Shown here: in pieces, positions 17,690 to 26,848 of the stretch
Layout of the letters: every line of letters begins with the position of its first letter
Numbering within the stretch: position 1 is the stretch's first letter
Assembly (NCBI GenBank): GCA_964606485.1
Contig: CAZSGP010000001.1
Coordinates: forward strand, 353,085-417,084
Reading direction: 5' to 3'
DNA: 64,000 nucleotides
From: an uncultured Planctomycetia bacterium
Lineage (GTDB): Bacteria > Omnitrophota > Gorgyraeia > 2-02-FULL-51-18
The notes under the pieces: model-generated
The model's input: only the letters and a program-made list of their open reading frames with translations
Told to the model about the DNA's origin: nothing
The model's database searches: none
Made by a program: the position numbers and the translations under genes

Positions 17690-19355
17690 AACAAGTCTCG
17701 CCAAAGCGCTTGCGAGCGCTCTGAAAGAATCGCTCGGCGAAGAGTTTTCGCTCGCGATGCTTGAAAATTCTCTCGAAGCCCCGAACGAAGAAAAATTCGG
17801 CGATCTTTCGACCAACGCTATTTTTAAAATTGCCAAAGAGCGCAAGAAAGCGCCGCGAGCACTCGCCGAAGAAATTTCGAAGAAAATATCGACCGGTGCC
17901 ATCAAAGAAAAAATTGAAAAGATTGCGGTTGAAGGCCCCGGGTTCATTAATTTCTACTTCTCCCAAAACGAAATTTCATCTGTTCTCTTAAATATCCGCA
18001 AAGAGGGGACACAATTCGGAAAACCCAAGAATTTTAAAGCCAAAAAAATCCTCTTAGAATACGTGAGTGCCAATCCGACCGGACCGCTCACCGTGGCGCA
18101 TGGCCGCCAGGCGGCACTCGGCGATTCGCTGGCGCGGATTTTAAAATTCTGCGGACATGAGCTTCATCGCGAGTACTACAACAATGACGAGGGTGTTCAG
18201 ATTCAGACGCTGGGGGAGTCGCTCAACCTGCGCATCGAAGAAATCATTGAAAACAAAAAGAAAGAACTCCCTGAAAATTTTTACAAGGGTGAGTATTTGA
18301 TCGCCATTGCGCAGGAATTCTTAAAAGAGTTCCCGGTCGAGAAATACAAAGCGCTTTCGATGGCGGAGAAGCTGGAAAAGTGCCGCGCTTTTTCGCGCGA
18401 ACAAATTTTAAAAGACATTCAAAAGGACTTGAAAGAGTTTGGAGTGGATTTTGACCGTTACTATAGCCAGGCGAGTCTCATGAGATCGGGTCGGGTCGAG
18501 TCGACGCTCGAAGAGCTTAAGAAAAAAGGATTTGTTTATGAGAATGAGGGTGCTGTGTGGCTCGCGTCCACAAGACTGGGCGACGACAAGGACCGCGTGC
18601 TGATTAAAAGTGATAAGACGTATACGTACCTCACGCCGGACATCGCCTACCATCATGAAAAATTTGAGCGCGGCTTCGAGAAGCTGATTAACATTTTAGG
18701 GCCGGATCATCATGGCTATATTGCCCGTTTAAAAGCCTCTCAGCAGGCGCTAGGCCACAATCCCGATGAGGTGCAGGTGCTGATTGCGCAGCTTGTGACG
18801 CTTTATGAAGACGGCAAGCAAGTGCGCATGTCGACAAGGGCGGGGGAGTTTGTGACGCTCCGAGAAATTTTAGACGAAGTGGGTTGTGATGCGGGCCGCT
18901 TTTTCTTTTTGATGCGCAAATTTGATGCGCACTTGGATTTTGATTTGGGCTTGGCCAAAAGCCAGACACCGGACAATCCGGTTTTTTACATTCAGTACGC
19001 ACACGCGCGCGTGGAAAGTGTGAAGCGAACTTACGCCGAGCGCGTCGAAGCATTCGACTGGAACAAGGTGAACGACTTGTCGCCTCTCAGCGATCCGCTT
19101 TCAGTTAAAATCATGCGGCTCTTGAGTCAGTTTGAGGACGCCGTTGTGGATGCTGAGCGCACACTTGAGCCTTACCGCCTGGTTCCGTATCTCATGGAAC
19201 TTGCGGCCAACTTCCACCGCTTCTACACCGAAAACCGCGTGGTGGGAGAGCCGAAGAACGTGGCTGAAGCGCGTCTAGCGCTGATGAGCGCCATTCAATC
19301 CGTGATTGCCTCGGGTTTAAGACTGCTCGGGGTCTCCGCACCGCTTAAAATGTAA
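17673..19355 (+). CDS. argS: Arginine--tRNA ligase
   Basis: Class I motif variant LEYVSANPTGPLTVAHGR and KMSTR-like VRMSTRAGE. Length 560 aa. Confidence 0.9.
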   Translation: MSESVKTSLAKALASALKESLGEEFSLAMLENSLEAPNEEKFGDLSTNAIFKIAKERKKAPRALAEEISKKISTGAIKEKIEKIAVEGPGFINFYFSQNEISSVLLNIRKEGTQFGKPKNFKAKKILLEYVSANPTGPLTVAHGRQAALGDSLARILKFCGHELHREYYNNDEGVQIQTLGESLNLRIEEIIENKKKELPENFYKGEYLIAIAQEFLKEFPVEKYKALSMAEKLEKCRAFSREQILKDIQKDLKEFGVDFDRYYSQASLMRSGRVESTLEELKKKGFVYENEGAVWLASTRLGDDKDRVLIKSDKTYTYLTPDIAYHHEKFERGFEKLINILGPDHHGYIARLKASQQALGHNPDEVQVLIAQLVTLYEDGKQVRMSTRAGEFVTLREILDEVGCDAGRFFFLMRKFDAHLDFDLGLAKSQTPDNPVFYIQYAHARVESVKRTYAERVEAFDWNKVNDLSPLSDPLSVKIMRLLSQFEDAVVDAERTLEPYRLVPYLMELAANFHRFYTENRVVGEPKNVAEARLALMSAIQSVIASGLRLLGVSAPLKM

Positions 19356-21259
19356 TGTTCCCCACGCTCGAGTTTTATGCGGGCAAAGAAATTGATTTTG
19401 ACGCGCTTGCTAAAAACCTCGTAGAACTCGGATACTCCCGCAACACTCAAGTCGGTCAGCCGGGGGACTTTGCCATTCGTGGTGGAGTGGTCGATGTTTT
19501 TCCTTCTCATTATGCGCTTCCGGTGCGCGTCAGTTTGTATGGCGACGTCGTCGAACACATTCACACCTTTGATCCATCCTCCGGACAAAATTTAGAGCCG
19601 CATCAAATGGTGATTATCACCTCTACCAAGTTGCGCCGCGGCGGTCAGCGTCATGAGTTGCCGGCTGTGATGAATCCGAATGATTACGGGGAACCGGTGG
19701 ATCCATTTGTGGATTTGGAGCCGGGGGATTACGCCGTCCACATTATTCATGGGATTGCGCGGTACAAGGGCCTGAAACACTTTCGCGGAAAAGGCGTCAA
19801 AAAAGAAGATTGTTTGACTCTCGAATTTGCCGGCCATGACGTGCTGTATGTTCCCATGAAAGACTTGCATCTCGTGTCTCGTTACCGGGCATTTGGAAAA
19901 ATGCGCCCGGCCTTGTCGAAGCTTGGCTCAAAATCCTGGGAAAAATTAAAAAATAAAACTCAAGAAGGCGTGTTTTCGTTTGCCGGGGATCTTTTGAATT
20001 TGCAGGCCAAGCGCCAGGCGCTCGAAGGCTACCGTTTTCCAAAAGACACCGATTGGCAGAAACGCCTGGAAGATGAATTTCCCTACGACGAAACGCCGGA
20101 TCAGGAAAAAGCCTGTGAGGATGTAAAAGAAGATATGGAAGCGAAGACTCCGATGGACCGCCTGCTTTGCGGGGATGTGGGATACGGCAAAACCGAGGTG
20201 GCTTTGCGCGCGGCGTTTAAGGCGGTGACGGCCGGAAAGCAAGTAGCCATTTTGGTGCCGACAACCATTTTGGCGGAGCAGCATTGGAACACGTTTCGGA
20301 AACGCCTAAAAAATTTTCCGGTCGAAATTCAAATGCTTTCGCGTTTTCAAACCAAGTCCCAACAGGACAAGACCGTTCAGGCGGTAAAAGAGGGGGCTTG
20401 TGACATTGTGATCGGGACGCACCGGCTTCTTTCAAAAGACATTGCATTTAAAGATTTGGGACTGCTCGTGATTGATGAAGAGCAGCGCTTTGGCGTGCGG
20501 CACAAAGAAAAATTAAAAAGTCTCAGACTGCTCGTGGATGTTTTGACACTCACCGCGACGCCGATTCCCCGCACGCTTTACATGGCGCTTGTGGGCGCGC
20601 GGTCGATGTCCAACATCAACACGCCCCCTAAAGGTCGCCAAGCGGTGAAGACGGTGGTGACGGACGGCGGAGAAAAAATTATCGCCGAAGCCCTGAACCG
20701 GGAGCTTGAACGCGGAGGACAAGCCTTTTTTATTCATAACCGCGTGAATGGAATTGAAATGATTGCCGCTAAAATCAAGAAGCTAGCGCCTCGCGCACGG
20801 ATTGCCGTGGGGCATGGGCAAATGCGCTCCAAAGATCTTGAAAAAGTAATGCAAAAATTCATTAATGGCGAAATCGACGTGCTCGTTTCGACGACGATTG
20901 TTGAGTCGGGCATTGACATCCCCAACACCAACACGCTGATCATTAACCGGGCGGATTTGTTCGGTTTATCCGAGCTGTACCAACTTCGGGGCCGGGTGGG
21001 GCGCTTTGACCGAGAGGCCTACGCCTACATGCTTGTCCCGAAACACGCGGTGCTGACGTCGGAATCCCGCAAGCGTTTAGAGGCCATTGAAAAATTTGCG
21101 TATCTGGGTTCTGGATTTCATATTGCCATGCAGGATCTGGAGATTCGAGGTGCGGGAAATATTCTCGGAACCGAGCAAAGCGGGTACATCGCCACGGTGG
21201 GCTTTGATCTGTACTGCCGCATGCTCAAAGAGACGGTTAAGAGGCTATCCGAGAAGTAG
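19355..21259 (+). CDS. mfd: Transcription-repair coupling factor Mfd, minimal form (end of D1b, RNAP-interacting domain, translocase D5/D6 with TRG motif; no D1a/D2/D3 and no D7)
   Basis: GDFAIRGGVVDVFP ... RVSLYGDVVEHIHTFDP (D1b-like). RID reads EPGDYAVHIIHGIARYKGL...LYVPMKDLHLVSRY. Helicase motifs GDVGYGKTEVA, DEEQRFGV, TATPIPRT and TRG GFHIAMQDLEIRGAGNILGTEQSG. 634 aa versus ~1150 aa typical. Confidence 0.85.
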   Translation: MFPTLEFYAGKEIDFDALAKNLVELGYSRNTQVGQPGDFAIRGGVVDVFPSHYALPVRVSLYGDVVEHIHTFDPSSGQNLEPHQMVIITSTKLRRGGQRHELPAVMNPNDYGEPVDPFVDLEPGDYAVHIIHGIARYKGLKHFRGKGVKKEDCLTLEFAGHDVLYVPMKDLHLVSRYRAFGKMRPALSKLGSKSWEKLKNKTQEGVFSFAGDLLNLQAKRQALEGYRFPKDTDWQKRLEDEFPYDETPDQEKACEDVKEDMEAKTPMDRLLCGDVGYGKTEVALRAAFKAVTAGKQVAILVPTTILAEQHWNTFRKRLKNFPVEIQMLSRFQTKSQQDKTVQAVKEGACDIVIGTHRLLSKDIAFKDLGLLVIDEEQRFGVRHKEKLKSLRLLVDVLTLTATPIPRTLYMALVGARSMSNINTPPKGRQAVKTVVTDGGEKIIAEALNRELERGGQAFFIHNRVNGIEMIAAKIKKLAPRARIAVGHGQMRSKDLEKVMQKFINGEIDVLVSTTIVESGIDIPNTNTLIINRADLFGLSELYQLRGRVGRFDREAYAYMLVPKHAVLTSESRKRLEAIEKFAYLGSGFHIAMQDLEIRGAGNILGTEQSGYIATVGFDLYCRMLKETVKRLSEK

Positions 21260-21297
21260 AAAATGTGGTATATTGCTTCAAACTTAGGAAAAAAATA

Positions 21298-22134
21298 ATG
21301 AACAGAATTAAATTTTTAGGCGTACTCGTCGGAGCCATTCTTTTGAGCGGTTGTTTCGAGCAGGTTTCAGACACAAGCCCTAAGGTCGCAACGTTTAAAG
21401 ATGGCGCGATCACAGCGCAACAGTTTAAAAATAGAATCAGCGGACTTCCAAAGGAAGTGAAAGCGGCTGCTCTTCAGCGAAAAGCCGACTTCGTCAATGA
21501 AATGATCGATGAATTCTATCTCGAAAAAGAAGCTAAAAAACGACGCATTGAAGAGGATGCTGACGTCAAAGCACTGTTTGCGGAAGCGCGCCGAAAAATC
21601 ATTATTGCGAAATTGGTGGAAACGGAAATCGACAAAAAAATCAGCATTCAACCGGACGACGCTCAAAATTTTTACGATTCCAATAAAGAAAAGTTTATGA
21701 CTCAGCTCACTGTACGGGCGTCTCACATTTTGGTTAAAACAGAAGACGAGGCACGGGGTGTTCTCGCGAAGCTTCAGGCCGGAGCGGATTTTGAGCAGTT
21801 GGCGCGCGAGAAATCGATTCATCGCTCGGCTGCTGCGGGTGGGGATATCGGATTTTTTTCGAAGGGGCAATTGATCAAGGAATTTGAAGAGACAGCTTTT
21901 GAGTTGAAAAAAGGGGAGCTGAGCGGTGTGGTGAAGAGCCAATTCGGTTACCACGTGATCAAGTTGACGGATCGCATTGAGCCATCCTTAAAGAGCTTTG
22001 AATCGGTGAAAGGTTTGATCGAGAGGCAGCTTTTAAATGAGAAAAAGGCCAAGCTCTTTAAAGGTTTTACTGCTAGCTTGCGCCAGAATGTGAAAGTGGA
22101 CCTTGATGAGAAAGCTCTCGAAAACGTTTCGTAA
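21298..22134 (+). CDS. PpiC/parvulin-type peptidyl-prolyl isomerase lipoprotein (SurA/PrsA-like)
   Basis: Lipoprotein signal LLSGC and parvulin domain ASHILVK...FGYHVIK. Internal ATG with RBS; the track GTG start at 21265 overlaps a -10-like TGGTATATT. Confidence 0.7.
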   Translation: MNRIKFLGVLVGAILLSGCFEQVSDTSPKVATFKDGAITAQQFKNRISGLPKEVKAAALQRKADFVNEMIDEFYLEKEAKKRRIEEDADVKALFAEARRKIIIAKLVETEIDKKISIQPDDAQNFYDSNKEKFMTQLTVRASHILVKTEDEARGVLAKLQAGADFEQLAREKSIHRSAAAGGDIGFFSKGQLIKEFEETAFELKKGELSGVVKSQFGYHVIKLTDRIEPSLKSFESVKGLIERQLLNEKKAKLFKGFTASLRQNVKVDLDEKALENVS

Positions 22135-23074
22135 AGCGCTCCCCGTTATTTTTTTTACGCTGCTGGCGTTTGCGCCGGCGTGTTTTGCCGCTGATGTCGT
22201 TGAGCGGATTCTTGCGGTTGTGAATGATGAAATCGTGACCGAGCAAGATCTTCAGATTGTCATGGCCCCCGTGCTCGCCCAATACCGCACCTCTTTTTCC
22301 GGAAAAGAATACGATGAAAAAATAAAGCAGGCCCGTAAAGAATTCTTAGACAAGGTCATCGAAGATAAACTGGTCTTGAGTGAAGCCAAAAAAAGACAGG
22401 TGATTGTCAAAGACGCAGAAGTTGATGAAATGCTAGCCGAAGTTCGAAACAAATTCCCAAACCGCGACGTGTTTATCAGGGCGCTGGAAGACCAAGGGCT
22501 CACCGAAAAAAAATTATGGGACCGGATGCACGACCAGCTGTACTCGCAAAAACTTGTGGCGTTTGAGGTGAAGTCCAAAGTCTCAGTCTCTCCGGGGGAA
22601 GTGAGTGATTATTACAAGGCTCATCCCGAAGAGTTTGCTCAAGGCGACCGCATTCGTTTGCAACAAATCTTAATTCGACTGGGAAGTCGTACGGATGAAG
22701 AGGCTAAGGCGTTTGCGCTTTCCTTGTATAACCAGCTTAAGGCTAAAAAATCTTTCGAAGAATTAGCAAAAGCATACTCGGAGGGCTCGGAAGCCAAAGA
22801 GGGCGGCGAGATGGGTTGGATCGAAAAAGGGCAGCTCATGGGCGAGATTGACCAGAGAGTTTTTGTGCTCGAGCCCGGTGATATCACCGAACCGATCAGC
22901 ACGTCTCTGGGATACCATATTTTTAAAGTTGAGGAGCGCGAGAAATTTTCCACAAAGCCTCTGAGTGAAGTTCGAGATATGATTCAGGATAAACTTTTTC
23001 AAGACAAGCTTCGCGTTAAGCTGGACGAGTGGATTAAAGGGCTTAAAAAGAAGGCTTATATTTCAATCCGGTGA
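22103..23074 (+). CDS. surA: Periplasmic chaperone/PPIase SurA-like
   Basis: Signal peptide, SurA N-domain AVVNDEIVTEQDL, parvulin domain LQQILIR...LGYHIFKV. Upstream of pdxA-rsmA as in the proteobacterial surA-pdxA-ksgA operon. Confidence 0.7.
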   Translation: MMRKLSKTFRKALPVIFFTLLAFAPACFAADVVERILAVVNDEIVTEQDLQIVMAPVLAQYRTSFSGKEYDEKIKQARKEFLDKVIEDKLVLSEAKKRQVIVKDAEVDEMLAEVRNKFPNRDVFIRALEDQGLTEKKLWDRMHDQLYSQKLVAFEVKSKVSVSPGEVSDYYKAHPEEFAQGDRIRLQQILIRLGSRTDEEAKAFALSLYNQLKAKKSFEELAKAYSEGSEAKEGGEMGWIEKGQLMGEIDQRVFVLEPGDITEPISTSLGYHIFKVEEREKFSTKPLSEVRDMIQDKLFQDKLRVKLDEWIKGLKKKAYISIR

Positions 23075-24033
23075 GGATCGGGGTAACACTTGGGGACATT
23101 GCCGGAATCGGCCCTGAAGTCGCGTTAAAAAGTCTGGAACAAATCACTACTGGGTCAAAATTTTTTCTTCTAGGCCCCGAATCTTTTTACCGCGCGCTTG
23201 CCAAAAAACTAAAATTAAAAAAAGTGACCGCTCTTTTTGGGCGGTCTGTTTTTTTTGATGACACGGTTACGCTGCCGTCGCGGTGGCGGTACGGAGCGTC
23301 CCAAAATGAATTGTCTGTGCTCGCCGTGCGTTCCATTGAGCAGGCGGTAAAGTTAGCGCTTTGCGGAAAAATAGATGCCATTGTCACTCCTCCCATCAAC
23401 AAAGCAGGGGTGAAAGCGGCGGGTTTTGATATCCCTGGGCATACGGAGTATTTGGCTAGGCTTTCAGACACTCGAAAATTCGAAATGATGCTCGTGGGTG
23501 GACCTTTGCGCGTAACACTCGTGACGCGGCATACTCCGATCAAACACGTTTCGACTGAGCTTACCCAAAAACGTGTGATTGAAACGATTTTAATGACCGA
23601 TCAAGAATTGCGAAAATCGTTTGGAATAAAAAATCCAAAGCTTGTGGTCTGTGGTTTGAATCCTCATGCGGGTGAAAAAGGGCATATTGGAAATGAAGAA
23701 ATTAAAATCATAGAACCTGCGGTGAAAAGGGCTCGGCAATTGACTCGTTCAAAAATTATCGGCCCGCTTGCGCCGGATACGGTGTTTTACGGGGCCTATG
23801 CAGGGGAGTATGATGCCGAAATTTGCATGTATCATGACCAAGGTCTTATTCCGCTCAAAATGATTTCGCGGGGTGGCGGCGTGAATGTGACGCTGGGCCT
23901 TCCATTTGTGCGCACGTCGCCCGATCACGGAACGGCGTATGACATAGCCGGACGCGGCGTGGCGGATGCGGGGTCAATGACGGAAGCATTGGCGCTTGCA
24001 ATGACGCTGGCCCGCAATAGAAATAAAAAATAA
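23071..24033 (+). CDS. pdxA: 4-hydroxythreonine-4-phosphate dehydrogenase
   Basis: MRIGVTLGDIAGIGPEV, GHTEYLA and TSPDHGTAYDIAGRG are the PdxA signature blocks. GTG start. Confidence 0.9.
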   Translation: MRIGVTLGDIAGIGPEVALKSLEQITTGSKFFLLGPESFYRALAKKLKLKKVTALFGRSVFFDDTVTLPSRWRYGASQNELSVLAVRSIEQAVKLALCGKIDAIVTPPINKAGVKAAGFDIPGHTEYLARLSDTRKFEMMLVGGPLRVTLVTRHTPIKHVSTELTQKRVIETILMTDQELRKSFGIKNPKLVVCGLNPHAGEKGHIGNEEIKIIEPAVKRARQLTRSKIIGPLAPDTVFYGAYAGEYDAEICMYHDQGLIPLKMISRGGGVNVTLGLPFVRTSPDHGTAYDIAGRGVADAGSMTEALALAMTLARNRNKK

Positions 24034-24875
24034 TGAATCTCACTCAGGAAGCCAAGTCTAGTCTCTCCAAGCTCGGCGTTCACGCGCGAAAAAAATGGGG
24101 ACAGAATTTTATGGTGTCCGTGGAAGCTTTGACGGCGATTACCGACGCGTTGAAGATCGTCCCGGGTGAGACCGTTCTTGAAATTGGCCCGGGGCTTGGA
24201 TTTTTAACACGGAATCTTTTGTCGAAAGCTTGTCGGGTGATCGCTGTGGAGTACGATCCGCTGATGATTCAACACTTGCAATCCATGTTTTCTGAAAAAA
24301 AACCCGAGCTTTTTCAGGCTGATTTTCTGAAGTTTGATTTTAAAAAAGAACTATCCCTCACGGAGCCGGTGAAGGTGGCTGGCAATATTCCGTACAACAT
24401 TACGAGCCCCATTTTAGAACGACTCATTGAGCAGCGTGAATGGGTGTCGGAGGCAGTGCTCACCGTTCAAAAAGAAGTGGCCCAGCGGCTCGCTTCAAAG
24501 CCGGGGACTAAGCAGTGGAGTGCGCTGTCGATTTTTGCACAGGTGTACGCAAAAGTGGAAGTCGTGGGAACGATCGGAAAAGAGTCATTTTTTCCGGCGC
24601 CTAAAGTGGATTCGGCAATCGTTAAGTTTGTATTTTCTAGAGAGCCGCTCGTTGCGGTAAAAGACAGTGAGCTTTTTTTTCAGATTGTCCGTAAGGCGTT
24701 TCAAAAAAGACGCAAAACAATTTTGAATGCGCTGGCGGACGAATCGTCAAGGATGTTCGCCAAGGCGCTTGTTGGCAATGCGCTCAGACGCGCTGAAATT
24801 GATCCTATCCGACGTCCAGAGACCCTTTCGCTGGAAGAATGGGCTTTACTGTCCGACCAGTTAGCGTTGTTTTAA
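24033..24875 (+). CDS. rsmA: 16S rRNA (adenine1518/1519-N6)-dimethyltransferase RsmA/KsgA
   Basis: GQNFMV, SAM site VLEIGPGLGFLT and VAGNIPYNITSPIL. Confidence 0.9.
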   Translation: MNLTQEAKSSLSKLGVHARKKWGQNFMVSVEALTAITDALKIVPGETVLEIGPGLGFLTRNLLSKACRVIAVEYDPLMIQHLQSMFSEKKPELFQADFLKFDFKKELSLTEPVKVAGNIPYNITSPILERLIEQREWVSEAVLTVQKEVAQRLASKPGTKQWSALSIFAQVYAKVEVVGTIGKESFFPAPKVDSAIVKFVFSREPLVAVKDSELFFQIVRKAFQKRRKTILNALADESSRMFAKALVGNALRRAEIDPIRRPETLSLEEWALLSDQLALF

Positions 24876-24903
24876 TTTTTTTATGGTGATATATTAAGAT
24901 TCT

Positions 24904-26073
24904 ATGGATGCTCTAATACACTCAGGCGCCGCGATTCATGCGCTGTGGACTTTTCCGGCGATTATTCTGGCGGCCCTTCTAATTGCCTGGGCGGCGGAAT
25001 GCGGCCAATTTTATATTTCCCAAGGTTTGGCCCTAGCGGTTTTGGCGTGGGTGCAGACGCTTCCGGAATTTGCTGTGGAAGCGGTGATCGCTCTCGGCGC
25101 CGCTAAAGACCCTTCTCAAATGCACTTGGTCACCGCGAATTTTACGGGGTCACTCCGGCTTTTTGTGGGATTTGGCTGGCCCATGGTTTACTTTGTAGCC
25201 GTGTTATGGGGCAAAAGGCCTAAAGGCGCTCAGAAGCGCTGGTGGACCATTGAAATGGAAGACGAGCACTCGATTGCCGTACTCTCGCTCTTACCCGCGC
25301 TGATTTATTTCCTATTTATTTATTTAAAGGGGACGCTGACGGTTTGGGACAGCGTGGCGCTCGGCTTTATTTATTTTATTTATTTGTTCCTGCTTTCAAG
25401 AATGCCCGCTCAAGAACAAGAGGGGGTAGAGGATCTGTCGCGTATTCCTAAGGCCATTATGAAGGCCAAGCCCCCGGCGAATTATTTTTGGATACTCGGT
25501 TTTTTTGTGGCAGGCGCCTTAATACTTTGGTTTTGTGCACACCCCTTCTTAGAGTCGATGTTGGGGCTTGCGGTGTCAATGGGGGTGTCTCAGTTTGTAT
25601 TTGTGCAGTGGATGGCGCCGTTCTTAAGTGAATTTCCTGAAAAACTGTCGGCGTTTCACTGGGCGAAATCCGGAAAGGCGCCGATGGCGCTTGTGAATTT
25701 TGTGTCGTCATCAATCAATCAATGGACGATTCTGGTGGCGACGGTACCGGTGATTTATTCATTCGGAGTGGGGCACGTGGCGCCCATCCAGTTTGACAGC
25801 CATCAAAGACTTGAGATTTTACTCACGATCACGCAATCGTATCTTGGATTTTTATTTTTACTCGGCATGGATTTTGCGGCGGTGGAGGCTATTGGTCTTT
25901 TTGTGTTGTGGCTCATTCAATTTTTAGTCCCGGGTGTGCGTGAGGAAATTGTTTATTTCTATGCGCTTTGGATTGTGGTGGAAACGACGCGCTTTGCTTG
26001 GAACTATAAAAAACGCAACGCGTTCAATGTTTTTGGGGGTCTCGTCCGGGAAAAGCTGTTTAAGAAACGCTGA
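24904..26073 (+). CDS. Polytopic membrane protein, possible divergent cation/Ca2+ exchanger (CaCA)-like with two internal repeats
   Basis: About 10 TM helices. Two halves each carry a G-x-x-x-x-x-x-x-(L/F)PE(F/K) block (QTLPEFAVEA; LSEFPEKLSA) reminiscent of CaCA alpha-repeats. Weak assignment. Confidence 0.3.
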   Translation: MDALIHSGAAIHALWTFPAIILAALLIAWAAECGQFYISQGLALAVLAWVQTLPEFAVEAVIALGAAKDPSQMHLVTANFTGSLRLFVGFGWPMVYFVAVLWGKRPKGAQKRWWTIEMEDEHSIAVLSLLPALIYFLFIYLKGTLTVWDSVALGFIYFIYLFLLSRMPAQEQEGVEDLSRIPKAIMKAKPPANYFWILGFFVAGALILWFCAHPFLESMLGLAVSMGVSQFVFVQWMAPFLSEFPEKLSAFHWAKSGKAPMALVNFVSSSINQWTILVATVPVIYSFGVGHVAPIQFDSHQRLEILLTITQSYLGFLFLLGMDFAAVEAIGLFVLWLIQFLVPGVREEIVYFYALWIVVETTRFAWNYKKRNAFNVFGGLVREKLFKKR

Positions 26074-26735
26074 TGTTTAAGAGCGTTCAAAAAACTCTCA
26101 CCAACGCTGGAATTGTTTTTGTTCTGGTTCTCATTTTCGCTTTTGGCGTCAAATTTTTTCAAGAATTTCTCACCTTTCGTAAAATTATCCATAATTTAAA
26201 GGCCGAATCCCGCATTGCCGAAGTGCTGGTCACCGAATCCAGCATCGACGAGTACACGCGCAAGTACACGACGACGATTAAATTTTTGGAATACGACGTG
26301 AAGGGCAAGCCGATGAAGGCGAAATACTTTACCTTTAAAGGCAATTTGATTCAGTTTCAGACGCTGGTGGTGCGATTTGATGACAAATACATCGAGCAAG
26401 GCAATCGCATGAAAGGAAAGAGCATCTACCTCTTTTTGAAGGCATTCGTGCTGGACGGCAAGGACACGCAGGAATTCGAAATTACGCCGACGGCGGAAGT
26501 CCCGGGTGGGTACAAAACTTCAGAGACACCGTCGCGCTTCGAAAAAGAAATTTGGCAAAAATTCTGGAAGGTGGCGCTGGATCCTGACCAGCGCAAGCAA
26601 GTGGGCATTAAAAACGCGCAGATTGAAGCGCCGGGCTCTGTGTTTGTGCCGGGCACGATTTACACGCTGATCATCGAGCATGATGGGGGAATTCGGATTG
26701 ATACGAGGCCGATTCCGGAGATATTGAAGAACTAA
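26073..26735 (+). CDS. Hypothetical protein with N-terminal TM anchor
   Basis: ATGA overlap with the upstream gene. One N-terminal TM helix, then a ~190 aa soluble domain with no recognised motif. Confidence 0.4.
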   Translation: MFKSVQKTLTNAGIVFVLVLIFAFGVKFFQEFLTFRKIIHNLKAESRIAEVLVTESSIDEYTRKYTTTIKFLEYDVKGKPMKAKYFTFKGNLIQFQTLVVRFDDKYIEQGNRMKGKSIYLFLKAFVLDGKDTQEFEITPTAEVPGGYKTSETPSRFEKEIWQKFWKVALDPDQRKQVGIKNAQIEAPGSVFVPGTIYTLIIEHDGGIRIDTRPIPEILKN

Positions 26736-26740
26736 AATCA

Positions 26741-26830
26741 CCCCTCCGTCCGCTGAGGCGGACACCTCCCCTTAGTAAGGGGAGGAAATTTCCCCTCCTT
26801 ACCAAGGAGGGGTGGGCACGAAGTGCCGGG
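26741..26830 (+). repeat. Array of four consecutive GC-rich hairpins (GTCCGC-TGAG-GCGGAC; CTCCCCTT-AGT-AAGGGGAG; CCCCTCC-TTACCAA-GGAGGGG; GGCAC-GAA-GTGCC) between hypothetical gene and uvrA
   Basis: Four perfect short palindromes within 90 nt. The CCCCTCC / GGAGGGG tracts also occur in other terminator hairpins in this window. Confidence 0.5.
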
Positions 26831-26848
26831 GAGGTGAATTGGAGCGCT

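Noticed and set aside
21367-21954. 195-aa minus-strand ORF
   Set aside because: It lies entirely antisense inside the well-supported SurA/PpiC-like gene. It has no RBS and no recognisable domain, so it is a typical shadow ORF.
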